Below, piece after piece: positions 57,326-64,000 of a stretch of 64,000 bases of DNA (its first letter is position 1; the number at the start of each line of letters is the position of its first letter). The notes under the pieces were generated by a model. The model had not been told where the DNA came from. It ran no database searches and saw only the letters and a list, made by a program, of their open reading frames with translations. Source of the DNA: Patescibacteria group bacterium (GTDB lineage Bacteria; Patescibacteriota; Microgenomatia; UBA10105; UBA927); contig JBBTUH010000028.1 in the NCBI GenBank assembly GCA_038063875.1, positions 17,046 through 81,045 on the forward strand, in the 5' to 3' direction. The position numbers were made by a program, and so were the translations under genes.

Positions 57326-57430
57326 AAAATAAATCCTCTTACTATTACTATGATTCGTATATAGCTACCCTGTCAAGCTGAAAATTTTGGTTCTTGACAA
57401 CCACTCCCCATTTTCGTCTACACTAAAGTC

Positions 57431-57637
57431 ATGAGAAAGAAACTCCATCATAAAAAATCAAAAGCTGTACGCACGCGTAAACCAAAAGAATCTTTTCTCG
57501 TTCTTATCAGAAGTTGGATGCTTCTTGTTATGTTTGCGCTCATGTTGGGACTAGGAGCTGTGGTCGGCACATTCTTTAACGATAAGACTGCAGAATCAGC
57601 ACCAACGGTCGCTGGTGTTTCTATAGAAGCTAACTAA
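57431..57637 (+). CDS. Small bitopic membrane protein (hypothetical)
   Basis: The 68-aa protein has an N-terminal Lys/Arg-rich segment (MRKKLHHKKSKAVRTRKPK), one TM helix (MLLVMFALMLGLGAVVGTFF) and a short tail. It is divergent from the giant gene, and a TTGACA hexamer lies about 35 bp upstream. Confidence 0.35.
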   Translation: MRKKLHHKKSKAVRTRKPKESFLVLIRSWMLLVMFALMLGLGAVVGTFFNDKTAESAPTVAGVSIEAN

Positions 57638-57678
57638 CCAAACCCCTGTCGTTTCGTAGATTTCAGTTTCTTATTAAG

Positions 57679-57749
57679 TGGACCTGAGGGGAATCGAACC
57701 CCTTACTCTTCTATGCCATAGAAGTGTGTTACCGGTATACCACAGGCCC
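57679..57749 (-). tRNA. tRNA-Ala: tRNA-Ala (anticodon GGC), CCA not encoded
   Basis: The minus-strand sequence GGGCCTGTGGTATACCGGTAACACACTTCTATGGCATAGAAGAGTAAGGGGTTCGATTCCCCTCAGGTCCA has an acceptor stem with a G3:U70 wobble (the Ala identity element). The anticodon loop is AT-GGC-AT, the T-arm is GGGG/TTCGATT/CCCC and the discriminator is A. Confidence 0.6.
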
Positions 57750-57765
57750 ATTTGTTTTTCTCTTG

Positions 57766-57836
57766 TGGACCGTGGGAGAATCGGACTCCCGCCTCCGCAA
57801 TGCGAATGCGGCGTATTACCACTGTACTAACGGCCC
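57766..57836 (-). tRNA. tRNA-Ala: tRNA-Ala (anticodon CGC), CCA not encoded
   Basis: The minus-strand sequence GGGCCGTTAGTACAGTGGTAATACGCCGCATTCGCATTGCGGAGGCGGGAGTCCGATTCTCCCACGGTCCA again has a G3:U70 wobble. The anticodon stem is CCGCA/TGCGG with loop TT-CGC-AT, and the T-arm is GGGAG/TCCGATT/CTCCC. Confidence 0.55.
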
Positions 57837-58921
57837 TATTTCAAAAACGGCAACGGACTTACAATAGCACCACCCTTACGCACTTCAAAATGAAGATGTG
57901 TGCCCGTTGATCGACCTGTAGAACCCATTTTTCCTATCACCTGACCTCTTGAGACCGTATCGCCATTTTTCACATATATCTCTATCAAATGTGCATACAA
58001 CGTAGTTAACCCATCGCCATGATTTACGATCACATGCCGTCCATACCCGTATGTGAGATATTCTACCAGCGTCACTTGCCCATCCCCTGCCGCGATCACA
58101 GAAGGCTGCGATGGATTGGCGATATCTACAGCCATGTGATACCAAATCGGATACTGTGTAATCACACCGGCGGTCGGCCAAGAAAGTTGACCATTGCCGC
58201 CTGCGATAAGTGCGTCTGCCATAAACGCTCGCGGGGCGATAGGTGCTGACAGAGGCATCACACCATCTGGTACGACCAGCGTCTGCCCGACGCTTAAGGC
58301 AAACGTATCTAAATCAGTAAAATCGTTAAAGGGAAAGTTTAGTATTTTTTGTGCTTCTGTCTGATATTTTTTGGCTATAGAATAAATAGTTTCACCCTCG
58401 CGAACTTTGTGGACTATCCCTGTAACGGGTGGAATTTTTAACTCCTGACTTAAACTCAAACTATCCTTTTTTAGATCATTTGCCCACTTTACACTATCAA
58501 CGGACACACCAAATTTCTCTGCAACCGTTGAGAGGGTATCACCCTTTTCGACAGTGTATGTTATCGTTTGATCACGTGGTTTTTGAGATATTTGCGTCTG
58601 TATCCCGTACTCAGAAACATCAAGAGAAGTAAGGACTGCGGATGGAGGTGTGAAATCAGCCAGAGCACTGGGTACACCAGAAGGATAACTATTGGCAAGA
58701 ATTGGCGCCGATACAAAGGCTGCAAGAACGAGTACGCTGACAGAAAAATGAAAAAACGGTCGTTGATACCCACCACGTCTTGCCATCAACACATCGACAA
58801 GCACATCTTTCTTGGCTTCAAAGCGTACGCCAAATTTTCGCAATCGTCTAAAAAGATAGGTGTACCATCCTCTACCCCACAAGCGTATATCATCGATAAA
58901 GAGGGCGAAATATTTTCGCAT
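57836..58921 (-). CDS. LysM-domain M23 family metalloendopeptidase (cell-wall hydrolase)
   Basis: There are two LysM repeats ('YTVEKGDTLSTVAEKFGVSVDSVKWAN', 'HKVREGETIYSIAKKY'). The C-terminal M23 core is 'HMAVDIA...GYGRHVIVNHGDGLTTLYAHL...GSTGRSTGTHLHFEV' (HxxxD ... HxH). The more plausible start is the internal Met at about 58786 (MARRGGYQRP + TM anchor). Confidence 0.75.
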   Translation of the reverse strand: MRKYFALFIDDIRLWGRGWYTYLFRRLRKFGVRFEAKKDVLVDVLMARRGGYQRPFFHFSVSVLVLAAFVSAPILANSYPSGVPSALADFTPPSAVLTSLDVSEYGIQTQISQKPRDQTITYTVEKGDTLSTVAEKFGVSVDSVKWANDLKKDSLSLSQELKIPPVTGIVHKVREGETIYSIAKKYQTEAQKILNFPFNDFTDLDTFALSVGQTLVVPDGVMPLSAPIAPRAFMADALIAGGNGQLSWPTAGVITQYPIWYHMAVDIANPSQPSVIAAGDGQVTLVEYLTYGYGRHVIVNHGDGLTTLYAHLIEIYVKNGDTVSRGQVIGKMGSTGRSTGTHLHFEVRKGGAIVSPLPFLK

Positions 58922-58936
58922 AATATAAAGGAGTGA

Positions 58937-60556
58937 TTAATCCTTGCCAAGTACTTCCAAAAATTCTGCGTTTGACTCAGTCTTACCCATCCTATCGATA
59001 AGCATGAGTGTGCGCTCATCGTCTGATAAGAGTGCCAACATGTGCCGCAAGGTCGTGACACGTTTCATACTTTCCTCTCCTAAGAGTAATTCATCGTGAC
59101 GCGTACCGCTTTTCCCGACATCAATTGCCGGAAACACCCGTCGCTCTTGTAACGTTCGCGAGAGGTGAAGCTCCATGTTCCCTGTGCCTTTAAACTCTTC
59201 GTAGATGAGGTCATCCATCCGACTCCCCGTCTCGATAAGTGCTGTCCCTATAATCGTCAATGACCCGCCCTCGGTTGCGCGATTAAGCTTAGGCTGATCG
59301 CCCGTAAGATTTGCAGCTTGTTCTTCTGGCGTGATAAATGGCTCATTGCATCTGGCTGCTCCCAAAAATTTCTTGGCTGGATATAACGCTGCTGGATCAA
59401 ATCCTCCGGTAAGCGTCCGACCTGACGGATTGACAACCATGTTGTAGGCTCTTGCAAGCCTTGTGATGGAATCAAGAAGTATAACAACGTCATGCCCCAT
59501 CTCAATTAACCGCTTGGCGCGATCCAGTGCTACTTCAGCCACGCGCGTTTGATGATCAGGTGCTTCGTCAAAGTTACTGGCATATACCTCACCCTTTACT
59601 GATCGCATGATATCGGTGACTTCTTCTGGTCTTTCTCCAATAAGCACTGCCATAAGATGCACTTGTGGATAGTTTGCCGCAATACCTGCGGCTAACTCTT
59701 TAAGGACTGTGGTCTTCCCTGCTTTCGGTGGCGATACCACAAGTCCTCTTTGACCAAATCCGATGGGTGCTAATAAATCAATCATGCGTGTAGACAATGG
59801 ATTTTTCCCTGTCTCAAGTTTTAGTAACGTATTAGGATAAATGGGTACGAGATCTTCAAATCGTGGTCTCTTCTCCATCATTTCAGCGGGCAACTCATTG
59901 ACCTTCTCAACCTTGAGCAATCCGTAATACCGTTCATTTTCTTTGGGAGCTCTTGCCTGTCCCTCTACCATGTCGCCGTTTCGCAAGAGAAATCGTCTAA
60001 TTTGTGATTGAGAAATGTACACATCTTTCTCGCTTGGAGTATATTTAGGTCGTAAAAATCCGTGACCGTCGGGCATGGTATCAAGGATTCCACGAACCGT
60101 CTCTGTGGGCACATTTACATCTTGAGTAAACGGAACGTCTACGAAATCTTGCCGTGGCCGATCAACGTATGGCTCTCTATATCCACGATCTTGCGGCCTT
60201 CTGTATCCTCCCTGAGGGTTATACCCGCCGCCGCGAAAATCTCGATTGCCAAATCGTCGAGTATTTCCCTGACCGCCGCGAAAATCTCTTATCCCAAATC
60301 GTCTATTTCCACCTTCATAATTGCTTCGTGGTGCAGGAGTGTGCTGTACAAATTGTTCAACTGGTGTTTCAGATTTTTCTACTACTGGTGCCTCGTCTAT
60401 AGGCTTGACGCCCCCTACAAAATCATCGATGCTTACCGGTGGTGGCAGCGATTCTGCCGAAGGCACGACCGCACTATCGATCTCATCATGTTTTAATTTT
60501 ATTTTGACTGGTGATTTACGGGTTGCTTTAAAAGCCATACTACTTGGAAACGCCAA
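58937..60556 (-). CDS. rho: Transcription termination factor Rho with RG-rich N-terminal insertion
   Basis: The C-terminal RecA-like domain carries Walker A 'SPPKAGKTTVL', 'VHLMAVLIGERPEEV' and Walker B 'DVVILLDSITRLARAYN', and the tail is typical of Rho. The N-terminal ~170 aa carries FGxRDFRGG repeats. The track start is TTG at 60556, and an ATG lies 7 codons downstream (60536-60538). Confidence 0.85.
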   Translation of the reverse strand: MAFPSSMAFKATRKSPVKIKLKHDEIDSAVVPSAESLPPPVSIDDFVGGVKPIDEAPVVEKSETPVEQFVQHTPAPRSNYEGGNRRFGIRDFRGGQGNTRRFGNRDFRGGGYNPQGGYRRPQDRGYREPYVDRPRQDFVDVPFTQDVNVPTETVRGILDTMPDGHGFLRPKYTPSEKDVYISQSQIRRFLLRNGDMVEGQARAPKENERYYGLLKVEKVNELPAEMMEKRPRFEDLVPIYPNTLLKLETGKNPLSTRMIDLLAPIGFGQRGLVVSPPKAGKTTVLKELAAGIAANYPQVHLMAVLIGERPEEVTDIMRSVKGEVYASNFDEAPDHQTRVAEVALDRAKRLIEMGHDVVILLDSITRLARAYNMVVNPSGRTLTGGFDPAALYPAKKFLGAARCNEPFITPEEQAANLTGDQPKLNRATEGGSLTIIGTALIETGSRMDDLIYEEFKGTGNMELHLSRTLQERRVFPAIDVGKSGTRHDELLLGEESMKRVTTLRHMLALLSDDERTLMLIDRMGKTESNAEFLEVLGKD

Positions 60557-60661
60557 ATTCCAAAAGAAAATGATACTTATGTAAGGGAATTCATGAAAAA
60601 CAAACTACCCGAGGAAACTTTGAAACTCTATCCCATATTTAACCAGATTATAGTACTGGTG

Positions 60662-62668
60662 TCAATAATCAATTTCGTATATCACTGTTTCACCAGAACG
60701 GAGGACCTCCTGACCAAGAATGGTAAACTTGTCTTCTACAAGTTTCGTAAATTTTTGTCGTTCAAGAATTCCCACGATGATGTATCGTACGTTGTATTGG
60801 TTTAAAAGCTCTTTCGTCTCTGTTAAATCTTCTGACTCATATATTCGCCGTACATCCTCGCGTCTTGGCGAGACGACGTCGTAGCTTCCACGCCATAACC
60901 ACTCATGCACTGCCCATCCCACGACAGTGGGAATTCCTGTAAACGTCGAAAAACGCTGGTAATCCGTATAACTATCCCCATCCGCCTCGACAAGAACCGA
61001 AGGATTTTTTTGATCCTTTAACCATTGAATAGCTGCAAAATCATCCGGATACTCACGTTCGAGCCACGAAAGTCCGTAAACTCCTTCATAATTTTTTAAA
61101 CCCCCAAAATAACTCCGCACAGAAAAGAATGGATATATCGAGACAAGAAACAGCAGTGGGATCAAAAGGAGTATGACCATCTTTTTTCTCCAAAGCGACA
61201 CTATGGCGTATCCACTCACGATAGAAAACAATATAAAGGCTTCATACCCCAGTTTAAACATCGTGTTGCTTCTGAAATGCTGTGGGTAGATATCTTTAAA
61301 ATAGAAGAATTCTGGGAAAATAGTCAGTGCAATAGAGAAGAAAAAGAAAATCATAAGAAGTTTTTCTATATGAGTAAATTTTTTACTCCGTATATATCCA
61401 ATCCACAATCCTCCACTGACCCAAAAAAATCCCCAGAGAAGTGACATCATCCAGAATGGTGATCGCTGACACTTCTCTACCCCTTCAAAAAGAAGTGGCC
61501 CTATTTTTGTATGGGCCAAAAAGCTAGGAGGACAATTTACTGCAATGCCATTGACAAAAGATGTAAAGTGCACGAGAAACGGCAGGCTAGTGAATAGAGC
61601 TACAACGATAGCTATCCCTAATGCTTTCCATTTGTGTATTGGTGATTGGATATTGGATATTGCAAGAACCACACAAAACAATCCGAAGTATATGGGTCCA
61701 TCAAGGGCGTTGGTCATCAGGAGTACGCCACAGAGAAAACCGTAGAATATATAGGGAATTTTTCCCTGCAGGAGCAGTGCTATTGCCAGCAACACAAACG
61801 GAATGCTCAACACGTGACCATGGACATCAGAGACGACGAAGGAATAGCTTGGAAACTCATGGATGGTAAAGGGAATAAATCGTGTCGCATTGGCATACCA
61901 ATATGTTTCTATCCCCTTTAGTGTCCATCCAAGATTCCAAAACGGTTTCACGTTATCTCCCGTATATCCGTTCGTAAATGCATAGATCGTTTGCATATTG
62001 CCGGCTAGTGTCACGAGAAACGCAGTAAATAAACCGCCGCTTATTTTCTTTGTCAATTCTCTTCCTATCGAAAAACTCATAGTAAAACAAAGAGCAAAAA
62101 TGGTAGAAAGCATAAGATTAAACGTGTAGGAAAGATCTAAGTTTGAAGCCTTGGTCACCATGGCAGTGACCAAATGTCCGAAATAATAATAATTTATAGA
62201 ATGTGGCGGATACCACATGTCTACGGGAGGGAAATATGAGCTATTAAGGATGGACTGCATGAACCCATAATCCATAAACTTCTCAAGCCCCCGAATACTC
62301 GGCTCATGCGCTTTCACCCACGTCCAGAGAAGAAGCGCTACGAAAAAAAATAGTTCTTCAACTAGTATTGTTTTCCAAATAGGTGACTTAGGTAACCTAG
62401 GCGTCCTAAGTAACCTATTGAGAACAAAACCAAAAGCAAATAGTATACCTATAGCCATGAGGATCGTCCCTATCGTAAACGGTGCGATACGCGCCATGCC
62501 AAATACAAACACGAGCCACCCTATTACGGCGAGCCCGACTGCTTTGGAAAAAAGATACCCCTGATCAAACCATGCATGAAAAAGAAGTCGTGTGAGAGGA
62601 AACGCCGCAGCACCGATAAGAAACAACACACTCCACCACCTGATACCAATAAAGAAGTCAGAGATCAT
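60662..62668 (-). CDS. Polytopic GT-C-like membrane protein with 'YYY' motif (DUF2298/TIGR03662-like)
   Basis: The 668-aa protein has about 14 TM helices. A loop reading 'FPPVDMWYPPHSINYYYFGHL' resembles the conserved YYY motif of the Chloroflexi/Archaea YYY-domain membrane proteins. Confidence 0.5.
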   Translation of the reverse strand: MISDFFIGIRWWSVLFLIGAAAFPLTRLLFHAWFDQGYLFSKAVGLAVIGWLVFVFGMARIAPFTIGTILMAIGILFAFGFVLNRLLRTPRLPKSPIWKTILVEELFFFVALLLWTWVKAHEPSIRGLEKFMDYGFMQSILNSSYFPPVDMWYPPHSINYYYFGHLVTAMVTKASNLDLSYTFNLMLSTIFALCFTMSFSIGRELTKKISGGLFTAFLVTLAGNMQTIYAFTNGYTGDNVKPFWNLGWTLKGIETYWYANATRFIPFTIHEFPSYSFVVSDVHGHVLSIPFVLLAIALLLQGKIPYIFYGFLCGVLLMTNALDGPIYFGLFCVVLAISNIQSPIHKWKALGIAIVVALFTSLPFLVHFTSFVNGIAVNCPPSFLAHTKIGPLLFEGVEKCQRSPFWMMSLLWGFFWVSGGLWIGYIRSKKFTHIEKLLMIFFFFSIALTIFPEFFYFKDIYPQHFRSNTMFKLGYEAFILFSIVSGYAIVSLWRKKMVILLLIPLLFLVSIYPFFSVRSYFGGLKNYEGVYGLSWLEREYPDDFAAIQWLKDQKNPSVLVEADGDSYTDYQRFSTFTGIPTVVGWAVHEWLWRGSYDVVSPRREDVRRIYESEDLTETKELLNQYNVRYIIVGILERQKFTKLVEDKFTILGQEVLRSGETVIYEIDY

Positions 62669-63165
62669 AGGGGTTGTTTTTCACTGCGCAAGGCAATGGT
62701 ATTGATAGCACCTGCTACCCGCTCCATAACAGTGCCCCCCAACTTGGCGCTATAATAGGCAAGACGAGATGCAAGACGCACCACAAGCATTGTTCCGCCT
62801 AATCCACCAAATACAATGGCGTTCTTTTTTAAATCAAAATTTTTTGAACTTAAATCTGGCTTTTGACCCTGAAGGGCAACTGACAGTTCAGGATGAGTTA
62901 TAACATGATTTATCCCCTGTGTGTTTTTTTTCATGTCGAGACCAAATTTTATTACACCAGCCCCACACCCTACTGAAAGTGCGACATCAAGAGCAGCCGA
63001 TCCTACCTTTGCAAGGTTACCAATTGAATCCGCATTATGGTGAAGAATTTCTCGCACGTTAGAAAATTTTCGTGCAGTCATCTGATCGGCTATTGATCGC
63101 ATTTTATTTGCCCATTCTCGATCCACTGGTATATTTACCAATGCTTCCCACATTTTTTTTCCCAA
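62665..63165 (-). CDS. Hypothetical protein
   Basis: The 166-aa ORF starts at TTG, and its stop overlaps the start of 60662..62668 (operon). It has a Gly-rich segment, 'GCGAGVIKFG...VFGGLGGTMLVV'. No family was recognised. Confidence 0.4.
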   Translation of the reverse strand: MGKKMWEALVNIPVDREWANKMRSIADQMTARKFSNVREILHHNADSIGNLAKVGSAALDVALSVGCGAGVIKFGLDMKKNTQGINHVITHPELSVALQGQKPDLSSKNFDLKKNAIVFGGLGGTMLVVRLASRLAYYSAKLGGTVMERVAGAINTIALRSEKQPL

Positions 63166-63259
63166 CTGTTTCTACAACAGGAGATTGTTTGGGTATCTGT
63201 TCATTCTGACCTTCCATAGGAGTAGGATACACGAGCTTTCTTAGTGATACAATACTCTC

Positions 63260-64000
63260 ATGAAAATAGCTATTATTGGCGGGGGTATTACAGGACTTAC
63301 AGCTGCCTACCAACTTTCCAAAAAAGGGCACAGTGTTACTATTTTTGAAAAGGAATCATGTCTTGGAGGACTCGCGTACGGCTTCAAACAAAAAAAATGG
63401 AAGTGGCGTCTAGAGGCGGCATACCATCATTTATTTACCAATGACAAGGCAATACTCGGGCTTATCAAAGAACTTGGACTCAAGGACAAACTCATTCTCT
63501 CCCGCCCAATCACCGCAACACTCTATAAAGACAAACAATATCAACTTGATTCGCCTGCCACCCTTTTTGCGTTCCCTGCTCTCACATTTTTAGATAAAGT
63601 ACGAACGGCAATCCTATTGGGAATGCTCAAAATCAACCCATTTTGGCAACCACTCGAGCATTTTACCGCTGAACAACTTTGTATCTCAATAGGTGGAAAA
63701 AATGCATTCAATACAATCTGGAAGCCTCTCCTCTATGGAAAATTTAGTCGCTATGCACCTACTATTTCAGCGGCATGGCTCTGGGCGAGAATAAAAAAAC
63801 GCACACCACGTCTTTATTACATTAAGGGTGGGTTTCACACACTCATTTCTGCACTTGAACAATCAATAACAAAAAATAATGGAAAAATACTTATTAACAC
63901 ATCCGTCAACTCTTTAAATTTACTCCGCACACAGTTCGACAAAATACTTCTTACCATCCCAACAGCTCTTGCGAAGAAATTGATTCCGAATTTGGAATCA
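63260..64000 (+). CDS. FAD/NAD(P)-binding oxidoreductase (amine-oxidase / protoporphyrinogen-oxidase-like fold), 3' end outside the window
   Basis: The N-terminal dinucleotide-binding motif is 'MKIAIIGGGITGLTAAYQLSKKGHSVTIFEKESCLGGLA' (GxGxxG ... E ... GG). The frame is open from the ATG at 63260 to the window end. An extended -10 (TGaTACAAT) sits immediately upstream, so the transcript is leaderless. Confidence 0.6.
   Translation, partial: MKIAIIGGGITGLTAAYQLSKKGHSVTIFEKESCLGGLAYGFKQKKWKWRLEAAYHHLFTNDKAILGLIKELGLKDKLILSRPITATLYKDKQYQLDSPATLFAFPALTFLDKVRTAILLGMLKINPFWQPLEHFTAEQLCISIGGKNAFNTIWKPLLYGKFSRYAPTISAAWLWARIKKRTPRLYYIKGGFHTLISALEQSITKNNGKILINTSVNSLNLLRTQFDKILLTIPTALAKKLIPNLES

Noticed and set aside
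1-64000. CRISPR arrays, rRNA genes, transposases or integrases
   Set aside because: No regularly spaced direct repeats with unique spacers, no rRNA-like segments and no transposase or integrase motifs were seen. The only DNA repeats noted are the (TTGTATG)x3 element and the KWWG-module strings inside the giant gene.

Overview
This 64-kb window reads like a Patescibacteria (CPR)-type genome. The assignment is an inference from gene content, tRNA genes without encoded CCA, leaderless or TTG starts and abundant GT-C membrane proteins; it was not verified by any search. Three blocks are visible.

(i) 1-14.7 kb is a dense cell-envelope glycosylation cluster. It holds a DegT-family sugar aminotransferase, a small GT2 polyprenyl-phosphate glycosyltransferase, a GNAT acetyltransferase, a SAM methyltransferase, an RmlC-like cupin and at least five large polytopic GT-C/YfhO-like membrane proteins, two of them paralogues. 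One of the GT-C proteins carries a C-terminal NPCBM-like carbohydrate-binding module.

(ii) 7.5-8.3 kb and 14.7-17.0 kb carry two PIN/RHH toxin-antitoxin pairs, a DUF4143-type AAA ATPase and a minimal nucleotidyltransferase.

(iii) 17,126-57,325 on the minus strand is a single uninterrupted 40.2-kb ORF of 13,399 aa. It starts at a TTG preceded by an AGAGGA ribosome-binding site. Read directly, the protein has an N-terminal signal-anchor helix, a Pro/Thr-rich stalk, a Cys-rich module and long coiled-coil stretches. Embedded enzymatic modules include a SecA/DEAD-like SF2 ATPase core, two PP2C-type phosphatase domains, an APH/protein-kinase-like domain, a second atypical kinase-like core, a degenerate GGDEF-like palm domain and an HExxH zincin motif. 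It also contains a Trp-rich segment, repeated 'KWWG' modules and a hydrophobic C-terminal region. This megaprotein is the main candidate for novelty.

Downstream lie two tRNA-Ala genes, a LysM-M23 peptidase, Rho with an RG-rich N-terminal insertion, a YYY-motif GT-C membrane protein and the 5' part of an FAD-dependent oxidoreductase. No CRISPR array, rRNA or obvious transposase was seen.

Domain coordinates inside the giant gene were mapped by locating diagnostic motifs in the DNA and counting residues; expect errors of a few tens of bp.
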